Shown here: positions 7,759-17,000 of the stretch, one piece after another | Layout: every line of letters begins with the position of its first letter | Numbering within the stretch: position 1 is the first letter of the stretch | Origin: an uncultured Planctomycetia bacterium | Lineage (GTDB): Bacteria; Planctomycetota; CAYHQZ01 | Direction of reading: 5' to 3' | DNA: 40,089 nucleotides | Assembly (NCBI GenBank): GCA_964358555.1 | Contig: CAYHQZ010000002.1 | Location: 1-40,089 of the forward strand | The notes under the pieces: generated by a model | What the model was told of the DNA's origin: nothing | The model's database searches: none | The model's input: only the letters and a program-made list of their open reading frames with translations | Made by a program: the position numbers and the translations under genes

Positions 7759-8292
7759 ATGAAGCCGCCCGGTTGCGTGCATGTTCCGGACGAAACCATC
7801 GAGCGCCGGATCTATCTGCTTCGCGGATACAAGGTCATGCTGGACATGGACTTGGCGCGGCTTTATGGCGTTTCAACGAAGGCCCTGAACCAAGCCGTCA
7901 AGCGGAACCTGGATCGCTTTCCCGGGGACTTCATGTTCTCGCTGACATGGGAGGAGAGCGAATCTTTAAGGTCACAACTTGTGACCTTAAAGAAAGGGCG
8001 CGGTCAGCACACCAAATACCTCCCCGGCGTTTTTACCGAGCAGGGCGTCGCGATGCTCTCGAGCGTCCTGCGCAGTCCGCGGGCGATCCAGGTCAATATC
8101 GCGATCATGCGCGCGTTCGTCCGTCTGCGGGCCTTTATCGCCTCCCACAAGGATCTCGCCCGACGTCTCGACGCGATGGAGAAGAAGACCGACGCCAGGT
8201 TCCAAGCCGTCTTCGACGCCATCGAGGCGCTTGCCAATCCTCCGGCTGTCGAGAAGAAGCCTCGGATCGGCTTTGCAGCCCAAGCGTCATGA
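7759..8292 (+). CDS. ORF6N-domain (KilA-N-like) DNA-binding protein
   Basis: IERRIYLLRGYKVMLDMDLARLYGVSTKALNQAVKRNLDRFPGDFMFSLT...KYLPGVFTEQGVAMLSSVLRSPRAIQVNIAIMRAFVRLR is the characteristic ORF6N signature, a family common in phage and mobile contexts. Confidence 0.9.
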   Translation: MKPPGCVHVPDETIERRIYLLRGYKVMLDMDLARLYGVSTKALNQAVKRNLDRFPGDFMFSLTWEESESLRSQLVTLKKGRGQHTKYLPGVFTEQGVAMLSSVLRSPRAIQVNIAIMRAFVRLRAFIASHKDLARRLDAMEKKTDARFQAVFDAIEALANPPAVEKKPRIGFAAQAS

Positions 8293-8359
8293 GGTTGCAC
8301 GGCCGTTTCGGGATTGGATAGGATCCGGCATTCGTGGAATGACCGGAAACGGAGGGCGC

Positions 8360-9433
8360 ATGGACGAGAATGCGGGCGGCGCAGGGCCGGGTCCGACGAT
8401 CGTGGGGCCGAGGCCGGAGGACGGGGGGGCGGGCGCGCGGAACATCCCGCGCGGGATGGAGAAATTGCTGACGCTCGCGGGGATCTCGCCCGAGTGGCGC
8501 GGCGACATTCTCGCCGATCCCGTCGGGGCGGCCCGTTCGGCGGGCATCGCCCTCTCCGAGAGCGAGAAGGCGATCCTCGGATCCGTTCCGCCCGCGACGA
8601 TCTCCGCGATGGCGGATTCGCTCGCCGCCCGCGCGGGCCGGCCCGTCCTCTCCCGCGCCGCCGCCGGCCTCGCCGCCGCGGCGCTGCTGGCGACGAACCT
8701 GACCGGCTGCGACAACCGCCCCGTGAAGGGCGTCCAGCCGGACAGGCCTCCTTCGAAAGCCTCCTACGCGCCTTCCGCGACGGCGCCGATCGAATGGCTC
8801 GGCTCTCTCGACGAGGCCCTCGCGAAGGCGAAGGCGGAAAGCTTGGCGGTGATGGTCGTTGTCCCGCACCCGAAGCCGGGGACATTCGTCACCCGCCTCG
8901 AAAATCCGACGAAGGGGCACAACGGGGATACGCCGAATCCTGGACGCGAGGAGAAAAGCCAGAAGGTCATCCTTTCGGACTCGTCCGAATTCCGGGCGGC
9001 CGTGAAAGCCGCCGCCCTGGTTCCGATCCGCCTCCCGCAGCCTGTCGCGCCGCCGTTGAACGATGGCGCGACGGAAGAGGAGCGGAAGCGCCAGTGGGAA
9101 GCCTGGGAGCGCTACGAAGGCGAGCGGCAGGCCTGGGTGCGAAACCTCGACCGGTGCATCGGGCCTTGGAGACCGGAGATGGGCCCCAGGGACAGATTCG
9201 GCGAAGCCGACAGCCCCTCGAAGGACCTCCCCGCCATCGCCTTCCTCGCTCCCGACGGCTCGATTCTTTCCGTCCTCCGCCAGCCGACGGAGGAATCGCA
9301 ACTGCTCGAAGCCGTGAGATCCGTCCCGCCGCTGCTCGCGAAGTGGATGACGGAGCGGCGCGAGACGCCGCCCATCCCGCCTGTGGTGGCCGGGGAACGT
9401 CCCGATGAGCCGGACCCGGCGTCCGAGGAATAG
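8360..9433 (+). CDS. membrane-anchored or lipoprotein with a thioredoxin-fold-like C-terminal region lacking CxxC
   Basis: ATG 8360 follows GGAGGG; an alternative ATG is at 8456 (MEKLL). The hydrophobic segment AAAGLAAAALLATNLTGC is lipobox-like. WLGSLDEALAKAKAESLAVMVVV and LPAIAFLAPDGSILSVL resemble thioredoxin-like (DUF255-type) strands, but no redox cysteines are present. Confidence 0.65.
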   Translation: MDENAGGAGPGPTIVGPRPEDGGAGARNIPRGMEKLLTLAGISPEWRGDILADPVGAARSAGIALSESEKAILGSVPPATISAMADSLAARAGRPVLSRAAAGLAAAALLATNLTGCDNRPVKGVQPDRPPSKASYAPSATAPIEWLGSLDEALAKAKAESLAVMVVVPHPKPGTFVTRLENPTKGHNGDTPNPGREEKSQKVILSDSSEFRAAVKAAALVPIRLPQPVAPPLNDGATEEERKRQWEAWERYEGERQAWVRNLDRCIGPWRPEMGPRDRFGEADSPSKDLPAIAFLAPDGSILSVLRQPTEESQLLEAVRSVPPLLAKWMTERRETPPIPPVVAGERPDEPDPASEE

Positions 9434-9444
9434 CGGACAGTTCT

Positions 9445-10515
9445 TCAGATCCACCCGACCCGCTCGAGGGCGGCGCGGAGGGGCGCGAGTTCGCTCTCGG
9501 GGAAATCCCTCATTGGCGGGCGGACGCGCGCGCTCGGGAAGATTCCCTTCAACGCCAGCGCCGCCTTCATCCGGGTGTGGGCGTTGATGCCGGGGGCGTA
9601 GAAGAGCTCGACGAGGGGGAACAGGCGGTCGCTCGCGGCGCGGGCGGCGGGGAGATCGCCCTTCCAGACGGCCTCGCAAATCTGCGCGTGGAGGGAGGCG
9701 GCGACGCTGCCCATCCCCGAGACGACGCCGTCGGCGCCGGTCGCAAGATCCGCCAAAAGCCAGCGGCTGTGCGTGGTCCAGACGGCGATGTTGCCGGGCA
9801 TCGCCCGCAGGGCGCGGAGGTGGCGCTCGAAGAGGAGGGGATCGCCGCTGCCCTCCTTCACGGCCGCGACGGAGGGGATCGCGGCGATCCGGAGGAGGAT
9901 TTCGGTCTCGTAGCCGGGGCCGACGCCGACTTTTTGCTGGAAGGCGACCAGCGGGAGGCTCGTGGCGCCCGCGATCCGCCGGAACCGCTCCAGCGCCGCT
10001 TCGCCGTGCGTGCGATTCGCAGACTCGGGCTCGGGGTGGGGGCTCGTCTCGCGCTCCCGGTCTCCGTGCGGTCCACGGAAGGTAGACGAATTCATGGCGT
10101 TGGACCGCACTCCGACAGGTCGCTGCGATCCGACCCCCGTCCCGCGCCCTTCGCCATGTGCCGTTTGCGGTCTTGCCGGCGGAAATACGAGCAACCCCTT
10201 CGCGTCTTGGCGCTCGGCGTCCTTGGCCTGGGCCTCAACGTCGTCGGACGCGCCCGATCCGACGCCCGCGAGGATGGGGACGCGTCCGCCCGTCTCCGCG
10301 AGCGCCTCGGCGAGGGCGGTCCTGCGCTCCTCGAGCGAAAGCGCGCTCGCCTGCGCCGCCTCGCCGTTCACCAGGATCGCCGTGACGCCCTTCGTCGCGG
10401 CGAGGATGGCGACGTGCCGGCGGAAGGCCGCCCGGTCGATCGAGAGGTCGTCCGCGAACGGCATGAGCGCCGCCGGCACGACGCCCCGGAACGGGATTCC
10501 CTTGAGCCTGTCCAC
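9445..10515 (-). CDS. dihydrodipicolinate synthase / N-acetylneuraminate lyase family class I aldolase (divergent, with a 50-aa insertion)
   Basis: GTG start at 10515. Family landmarks are ...VTAILVNGEAAQASALSLEER..., PILAGVGS, LLVFPP, LPLVAF, the Schiff-base-lysine context SVAAVKEGSGD, and VVSGMGSV. The protein is 356 aa against a typical length of about 295, owing to an insert between the PP and LP landmarks. Confidence 0.85.
   Translation of the reverse strand: MDRLKGIPFRGVVPAALMPFADDLSIDRAAFRRHVAILAATKGVTAILVNGEAAQASALSLEERRTALAEALAETGGRVPILAGVGSGASDDVEAQAKDAERQDAKGLLVFPPARPQTAHGEGRGTGVGSQRPVGVRSNAMNSSTFRGPHGDRERETSPHPEPESANRTHGEAALERFRRIAGATSLPLVAFQQKVGVGPGYETEILLRIAAIPSVAAVKEGSGDPLLFERHLRALRAMPGNIAVWTTHSRWLLADLATGADGVVSGMGSVAASLHAQICEAVWKGDLPAARAASDRLFPLVELFYAPGINAHTRMKAALALKGIFPSARVRPPMRDFPESELAPLRAALERVGWI
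10009..10158 (-). other. 150-bp in-frame insertion inside the DapA-family gene, flanked by 10-bp direct repeats
   Basis: CTTCGCCGTG (9999-10008) and CTTCGCCATG (10149-10158) lie exactly 150 nt apart. At protein level this reads ..TAHGE[50 aa]..THGE.. The interior has inverted repeats: ggtcca 10071-76 with tggacc 10101-06, ccgtg 10064-68 with cacgg 10075-79, and tcgcag 10017-22 with ctgcga 10123-28. Confidence 0.5.
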
Positions 10516-10613
10516 GGCGCGAATTCTGCGCCCGCCCCGCCGGAAAGTCGATCCCCCGCGCCGCGACGGGTGCGTTTCCCAGCGGGGTCATGAGGGAAGG
10601 GCGGGGGTGTAGG

Positions 10614-12215
10614 ATGGAGGCAATCCCCCTGTTGTTCAGCCTTCGAAAGGAGGCGCGCGTGACGAGCGCGGCGCCGGCGCTGGCGTTCCTGGGACTTTTG
10701 CTTTGGCCGATGCTTCCCCCCGAGGGCGACCTCGCGTCGCTCGTCGACGAATCCGCGCACCTCGAGAAGAAGGGAATCGAGCGGAGCGCGCCCGCTCTCG
10801 TGCGGTTTCTGGAGGGCGGCGGGGCCGCGGGCGTCGAGAAGTGGATCGCGGACCTCGGCAACGACGACTTCACGACGCGCGAGAAGGCCTCGAGGGAACT
10901 CCGCTCGATCGGGCGGCCGGCGCTGCCGGCGCTTAAGAAGGCCAAGGCCAGCCGGGACCCCGAGGTCGCCGCCCGCGCCGCCGAACTCGCCGACGCGATC
11001 GAGGAGTCCTCGCAGGGCGAGGCGCTGACGCGGATCTGCGCGGTCCGGATGCTTGGGCGGCTGAAGGCGAAGGAGGCGCTGCCCCTGCTGAAGCGGCTCG
11101 CGGGAGAGGGCCCCGATCCCTTCCTGCGCGCCCACGCCGCCCGCGCGATTACGGCCATCGAGGGGACGCCCGCGCCGAAGCCCGCGGAGGCGATGAAGGA
11201 ATCGGAACTTCGGGATCTGATCGCCCGCCTTCCGGCCTCCACCCAGGTGGTCGTCTCGATTCCGCTCGCGCGGGACAAGGACGCACGCAGCCTCCAGGCG
11301 GTTGCGGCGGAGGCGCTTTCCCTCGATTCGGTCCTCGCGGTCTGCCCGAACCGCGACGCGGCGCTTTCAAAGTGGCGCGAGGAATGGAAGGACGCCGACG
11401 ATGGTGTCGAGCGCGCCTTCTCGGAGGTCGGGAACTTCCGGGTGGACGGCGCCGTGCTCGGGGCGTCCTTCGAGGTGATGACGGGCAACGCCTTCGCCGT
11501 GCTTCTGGTCCGGGGGACGTTCGATCGGGAACGGATCGGCGCCTACCTCGCCGGCAAGTTCGGCGCGAAGGCCGTCGAGGACGGCGGGACGAAAACGTTC
11601 GAATGGAAGGACCCGGCCTCCGGCCAGGGGGGAGTGCTTTCGTTCCTGGACGATCGGACGATCCTGGTCGGCGGCGGCATGACGGGGATGGGGATGGCGG
11701 GCGGCGGGGCGGACGCCTCGGTTCGCGGGGTCATCGTCCGCAAGCCCGGCGCGGAGGACGGGATCCTTTCGATCCCGAGGATGGCCGAGCGGATCCGGAA
11801 AGCCCCGCTCGGGTCCGGCGGATGGGTGGCCGTCGAGATTCCGGATTTTCTCAAATCGATCTGGACGTCCCAGCCGGGGATGGCCTGGCTCGAGGGCCTG
11901 CGGGCCTTCACGCTCTCCTTCGCGGGCGAGGAGGGGGAATCCCTCCGCCTCGAGGCGGAATACGATTCGGACGGGCACGCCAAGGCCGCCGCGGATACCG
12001 TCCGCCAGAAAATCAAGGATGCGCGCGGGGCGGGGGGGATCGCCGAACTGCCGGTGCCCGCCGCGGCGCTCGCGAGCAAGGCGCTTGCCTCGATCCAGGT
12101 CCGTTCGGAGAAGAAGCGCGCGTCCGCCGAGGCCCCGAAGTCCCTCATGGGGGCGCTGCTGACCCTGGGGATCCTGCAGTCCTCCGGGGCGCTGGCTCCC
12201 GCGCCGCCGCCTTGA
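10614..12215 (+). CDS. secreted HEAT-repeat-like hypothetical protein
   Basis: ATG 10614 (MEAIPLLFSLRKEARVTSAAPALAFLGLLLWP) has a hydrophobic N-terminus. LGNDDFTTREKASRELRSIGRPALPALKKAKASRDPEVAARAAELADAI and CAVRMLGRLKAKEALPLLKRLA..DPFLRAHAARAI are HEAT/PBS-lyase-type repeats. Coding bias is consistent throughout. Confidence 0.75.
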   Translation: MEAIPLLFSLRKEARVTSAAPALAFLGLLLWPMLPPEGDLASLVDESAHLEKKGIERSAPALVRFLEGGGAAGVEKWIADLGNDDFTTREKASRELRSIGRPALPALKKAKASRDPEVAARAAELADAIEESSQGEALTRICAVRMLGRLKAKEALPLLKRLAGEGPDPFLRAHAARAITAIEGTPAPKPAEAMKESELRDLIARLPASTQVVVSIPLARDKDARSLQAVAAEALSLDSVLAVCPNRDAALSKWREEWKDADDGVERAFSEVGNFRVDGAVLGASFEVMTGNAFAVLLVRGTFDRERIGAYLAGKFGAKAVEDGGTKTFEWKDPASGQGGVLSFLDDRTILVGGGMTGMGMAGGGADASVRGVIVRKPGAEDGILSIPRMAERIRKAPLGSGGWVAVEIPDFLKSIWTSQPGMAWLEGLRAFTLSFAGEEGESLRLEAEYDSDGHAKAAADTVRQKIKDARGAGGIAELPVPAAALASKALASIQVRSEKKRASAEAPKSLMGALLTLGILQSSGALAPAPPP

Positions 12216-12225
12216 GGCCGTCGCG

Positions 12226-12621
12226 TCAGGAGGCCGTCGGTCGCACGACCAGCGGCAGCGAGGCGGCGGGCTTTCCGTTGACGGAGAGGCTCACCTCGTA
12301 TTCCCCGTGGCGCTCCAGCCGCAGGCCCTGGATGTTCAGGACCATGTTGACGACCGAGGACTGCGCCTCCGGCGGAATCGCGACCCGCACGTCCGCGTTG
12401 AGGGGCGGCAGGACGACCCGGCCGTCGGCGTCGATCAGGCGGATGTCGAACTTGTGCTCGCCCGCCTCGTGCTTCGAGAACCGGACCCGAAGCGCGATGG
12501 CGCATTGGGGGTGGGCGAAGGGGAACTTTCCGGCGAAGAGCGTGTCGAACGCTCCGAGAATGTTCAGCTTCCCGCCCGAATCCGTCGCGGCGTCGCAGAC
12601 CGAGAAGATTTCGACTTCCAT
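12226..12621 (-). CDS. small conserved hypothetical protein (beta-rich)
   Basis: The internal ATG at 12621 (MEVEIFSVCDAATDSGGKLNILGAFDTLFAGKFPFAHPQCAIALRVRF...) is preferred over the track start at 12681. The sequence resembles a widespread uncharacterised family of about 130 aa. No clear SD is present. Confidence 0.65.
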   Translation of the reverse strand: MEVEIFSVCDAATDSGGKLNILGAFDTLFAGKFPFAHPQCAIALRVRFSKHEAGEHKFDIRLIDADGRVVLPPLNADVRVAIPPEAQSSVVNMVLNIQGLRLERHGEYEVSLSVNGKPAASLPLVVRPTAS

Positions 12622-12652
12622 GGGGGAAGGAGAAGGGATTGGCGGGAAAGAA

Positions 12653-13399
12653 TCAAGCCGGGGGAGCCGGCGTCCTGTCATCCGGCAAAATGATGGAATA
12701 GAGGCGGGAGAGGCCGATGAGGCCGAGCGACGCGCCGGCGAGTAGCACGAACGTCGTCATCAGGTGGAGGGTGGAGATGATTTCCGATACCTGCGGCGGG
12801 CCGGGTTGCGCGTTGACGTGCATGAAATGACGGCCCAGAAGGTAACTTCCGATGAAGGAGAAGGCGAAGAGGAAGACGCCAATCGATTCGCCGCTCGGGA
12901 ATCCGGATGGGATTTGCCCGTCGAACTCGGGCCAGGAGTCCTTTTTGAAACCGAACCATTCGCAGGCGAACGCGAGAGCCTGGCTGGCGGCAAGGAGCAG
13001 AAAGCCGACGGACGCGAAACGGATCGCGACGAGAACGGATGCGTCGAAGTCCTTTCCTGGCGTGGGACTATGGGTGAGCGCCTGGAACGATGTCGTTCGG
13101 AACACCTGAACACCTCCGAGGCAGACGAGCACGCCGCCGGCGAGGATGGCGAAGCCCGAGGCGCCGGAGAGCGTGCGGGCGAATGTCCCGGAGAGCGTCG
13201 AGCGGGCGTCGGCGCGCCGCTCGATGGTGGCGATGAAAGCGCCGATGGCGAACAGGCAGGCGAGTGCGGCCGCCGGAAGGATGCGGGGGATGCTGTCCTC
13301 GAACATCCCGCTCAGCCGGACGACGGCGGGCCCGAGGAAGGCCAGGCCGGCCGACGCGATAAGTGCGATCCCGGCGCCCAGCCGCCACTGTCCTCGCAT
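12653..13399 (-). CDS. polytopic membrane protein, function unknown
   Basis: ATG at 13399 (MRGQWRLGAGIALIASAGLAFLGPAVV...) with about 6-7 hydrophobic segments. The upstream part of track ORF 12653..13546 (WRIRDSNPRPRECHSRALPTELIP) is merely the antisense reading of the tRNA gene. Confidence 0.7.
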   Translation of the reverse strand: MRGQWRLGAGIALIASAGLAFLGPAVVRLSGMFEDSIPRILPAAALACLFAIGAFIATIERRADARSTLSGTFARTLSGASGFAILAGGVLVCLGGVQVFRTTSFQALTHSPTPGKDFDASVLVAIRFASVGFLLLAASQALAFACEWFGFKKDSWPEFDGQIPSGFPSGESIGVFLFAFSFIGSYLLGRHFMHVNAQPGPPQVSEIISTLHLMTTFVLLAGASLGLIGLSRLYSIILPDDRTPAPPA

Positions 13400-13428
13400 G
13401 GCTCCGGGATGATACCGATGAAACCGGT

Positions 13429-13456
13429 TTGACTCCGAGACGGCTTTCCGTAGGAT
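13429..13456 (+). promoter_or_regulatory. sigma70-like promoter of tRNA-Ala
   Basis: TTGACT (13429-13434), 16-nt spacer, TAGGAT (13451-13456). The mature tRNA 5' end lies 15 nt downstream. Confidence 0.45.
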
Positions 13457-13470
13457 GGGAGCAGATCCCA

Positions 13471-13543
13471 GGGGGATTAGCTCAGTTGGAAGAGCGCGTG
13501 AATGGCATTCACGAGGTCGAGGGTTCGAGTCCCTTATCCTCCA
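13471..13543 (+). tRNA. tRNA-Ala: tRNA-Ala, anticodon GGC
   Basis: Hand-folded cloverleaf. The acceptor is gggggat/atcctcc with the G3:U70 alanine identity pair. The D arm is gctc-agttggaa-gagc. The anticodon stem cgtga/tcacg carries loop atGGCat. The variable loop is aggtc and the T arm is gaggg-ttcgagt-ccctt. The discriminator is A and CCA is not encoded. Confidence 0.93.
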
Positions 13544-13575
13544 CATCCCCCCTGATTCGACGGCGGCTTCCTGGC

Positions 13576-14079
13576 ATGCTCAAGATAATTTCCGGCGGGC
13601 AGACGGGGGCCGACCGGGCCGGCCTCGACGCCGCGATCGCGCTCGGCCTTCCGCATGGCGGGTTCTGCCCGAAGGGGCGGCGCGCCGAGGACGGCCCGAT
13701 CCCGGTGCGATACCGGATGGAGGAGACGGAGACGCCCGACTATCCCGATCGCACCGAGCGGAACGTCGAATCCGCCGACGGGACCGTCGTCTTCACGTCC
13801 GGCGCCCCGCGCGGCGGCAGCGCGCTGACGCTCGCGCTCGCGCGCAAGCACCGCAAGGCCGCGCTGCACGTCGATCTCGGGCGCGGGACGCCGGAGGATG
13901 CCGCCGGGGCCGTCCGCGCCTGGATTTCCGAGAAGGGGATCGCCGTCCTCAACGTCGCCGGCTCCCGGGAGAGCGAATCGCCCGGGATCCACGACGCGGT
14001 CCTTGCCATCCTGCAGGTGGCCCTCCGACCCGGCGCGCCCGCACCCGCCGTTCGGCAGGCGAGGCTGTTTACATCTTGA
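13576..14079 (+). CDS. YpsA-like SLOG-fold protein (family annotated as putative molybdenum carrier)
   Basis: MLKIISGGQTGADRAGLDAAIALGLPHGGFCPKGRRAEDGPIPVRYRMEETETPDYPDRTERNVESADGTVVF matches the SGGQTG.DRA...GG.CPKGR.AEDG...Y...RT..NV..SDGT signature of that family. ATG 13576 lies just after the tRNA. The 3' end overlaps the convergent gene by 11 nt. Confidence 0.8.
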   Translation: MLKIISGGQTGADRAGLDAAIALGLPHGGFCPKGRRAEDGPIPVRYRMEETETPDYPDRTERNVESADGTVVFTSGAPRGGSALTLALARKHRKAALHVDLGRGTPEDAAGAVRAWISEKGIAVLNVAGSRESESPGIHDAVLAILQVALRPGAPAPAVRQARLFTS

Positions 14080-17000
14080 TCTTTCCGATGTCCACGATTT
14101 CCCGCACGTCCTTCAAGCGCACGGTGAGGGTTTTTCGCTCCTCGTTCGCTCTGCCGTAGTTCGTGAAGACGATGGCGCGCAGCGTCGCCGGCCCCACGAG
14201 GGTCTGCTGGCGGCTGCCGTAGTAGTTCGCCTGGATGACGTACTCGCCGGGCATGGTCTTTTTCAGCAGGTAGTCCTCCGGCCCGTAGCCCTGCGTGAAG
14301 TCCTTCGAGATGTGCCCGCCGATGACGGTGTCGGCATGTCCGTAGAAGCACTTCTCGCCGGAGGGCTCCGTGACCCAGAGGTCCACGTCGGTCAAGTCGG
14401 CGTCCCACTGCAGGACGATCCGGACGTCGAGGTCGAGGCGCTTCTCGAGCCGCGGGTCGATGGGGATGCGCTTCAGGCCGGCGGCTTTCGCGAGCGGGAT
14501 CATCCGGTTCAGTTCCATCAGCGCCACGAGCTCGATCTCGGGGAACCTTCCGTCCCAATTGTCGGTGACGACCTTCCAGAGGAGATCCATCGCCCGGTCG
14601 TAGCGCTTGAGCCGCCCGAGGATGAGCGCGAGATCGCGATACGACTGCGGCTCCTCGGGGCGAAGCCGCAGGACCTCCTCGAGGATCCGCGCGGCCCATT
14701 CCAACTCCTCCTCCTGCTCGAGCCTGTACGCGAGGACCCGCAACAGCCCCGGGTTGTCGAGGCCCTGCTCGGCCACGTTCGAAAGCGCCTTCAGGCCCTC
14801 CGCGCGCTTGCCGTTCTTCAAAAGGTAGTCCGCGCAGTCGAAATAGAAGGCGGGGGAGTCCCCGTGCTTCTCCTTCTGCTTGAGATACGCGGCGTACGCG
14901 CCGTCGGGGCCGGCCTCCTTGAGCGCGTCGAGATACGGGGTCTTCGGATCCCAGGGGGCGAGCTGGACGGAAGGGGCGGATTCGGATTCCTCGCCGTCTT
15001 CCTTGTTCTTCGCGTCGTGGCCGTTGGCGAGGGCGCGTTCCGCCCGGATTCCGCCGTTTCCCCCACCCCCGTGGTCGCCCTTGGCCTTCTTCGCCGACGG
15101 CCGGTGCCCCTTCGAGGGCGACTTGGCCGAGGGGGCTTCGGCAGGGGCGAAAGCACGTTCGGGCGCGGCGGGCGGCGGCGGGGCCATCGGCGTCGGGGCG
15201 ATGTCGAGGTGGGGGTTGGCTCTTCGCATCAGCAGCGGCTCATCCGACTCGGGCCGAACTTCATCCGGCGCGATGTCCTCGCCGGGCCGGCCCTCTCCCG
15301 CCACCCTCAAATCCTTCGGATACTTGAATTCCCTCTCCCACCAATCCAGCCGCCCCTTCCACATTGTCGCGACCTGGTTCAGCTTTTCCTCCTTTGTCTT
15401 CGCGACCTGGACCTCCTGCGACTCGATCCTTTTTTCCCACTCGGCCCGCATCGTCGGCAGCGACTTCGGCGGCGGGATCCGGTAGGTGACGTATTGGTCG
15501 AGGTTTTCGAGGACGAGAAGCGACGTCCCCGGCGTCACGAGGCCGAACGTTTTCCCGGTTTTCGTGATTTCGTCGCGGTTCTTCTCGGGCAGGCCGAGAA
15601 GGCCGTCGAGCCGCCGCTGGGCCCAGAGGATGGGCACGACCCCCGTGGAGGCGGCGCCCTTCTTCGAGAGCGTGAATTCCTTCGAGCCCGTCTCCTTCCC
15701 GGCGACGCCGTAGTGCAGCGTGATCTTCGCCTCGTCGGAAAGAAGCCGGCCGGCGAGTGCGAACGAGCCCGAGATCGGCGTCGGCACGGACGGCTCGACG
15801 CTGGAAATCTCCTTCGGATCGAACGTCGCGCGCAAAAACGAGAACGGCGCCGAGCCGATCCCCTTCAGGACGTCCTCGTCGGTCGAGCGGGACAGCGGGA
15901 AGAACGCCCCGCCGGTCTTCAGCGCCAAAAAGCGCAAGAAAGGAGCGTCCGAAATGACGCACGAGGAGAACGCGTAGACGGGGCAGTTCAATCCCTCGGG
16001 CGGCTTCTCGCTGCCGTTCGAGACGCCGTCCGAGAAGAGCAGCGCGTAGTCCGGGGGTTTCGCCGGATCCGTCGCGAGGGGGGCGAAGCGCGTCCCGCCG
16101 TCCATGGGCAGCGCGCGAAGCCGCGCGACCAGCGCCGATGCGTCGCCCTTCTCGACGACGAACGTTTCGGCCCGGTCCGGGGCGTTGGAGAACGCGACGA
16201 CGTCCACGGTCGCCTTCTCGTAGCGCTTGAGGATGCCTTCGAGGAGGCCGGCTTCGCGCTTCATGTCCGCCTTGCCGCGCGAGCCCGACGTGTCCCAGAA
16301 CAGCGCGATCCGGGCCTCCTTCGCAGGCATCACGTCCCTCTTCGGCTCGATGGGCGCGTCGGAAACCGAGAAGTAGAACTCGCCCGATTCGGCCTTCTCC
16401 ACGACCGCGCCGCCCGCGGCCGCGCCCGGCACGACGACCGAGATCTCGCCGTCCGGCTTCCAGTCCTTCGCCGAGACCTCCGCCGCGAAGAGCCCGCCCT
16501 CCGCCGCGAACGCAAGCCCCGCCGGGGCCTTCCCCGCGATCTTGGGGGCTTCCTTCATTCCCGCCGCCTCGATTCGGATATGGGCCGCCGGGATGACGTC
16601 CTTGAACTGGAGCGGAAGGGAAACGGCCTCGTAGTCCCATCCGGGGATCCCTATGTCCTGCCGGCCCTGCCGATGGAATGCCGTGACGTACCGCACCATC
16701 GCTGTCCTCGTTCCCTTCGCCGGGATGGGATAGATCCGCGTCCGGAACACGTTCCCCTTCGCGACTTCCGCGAGCCCGGGGTCGACGCCCTTGCGCACCT
16801 CCTTCTCGAAGATGACGCGCGCCTCGTCCTTCTTCACGACGACGCCGTCCACCATCGTCCCGTTGATGTCGAGGGCGTAGCCCGACACCGTCGCGCCGTC
16901 CGGCAGCGGGAAGAGAAGTTCGCCCTCGAGCGCCCGGTCCATCTCGTTCTTGAACGTCAGCGTCATCCGCACCTCGGCCGCCCCCGCCGCGATCCGTACC

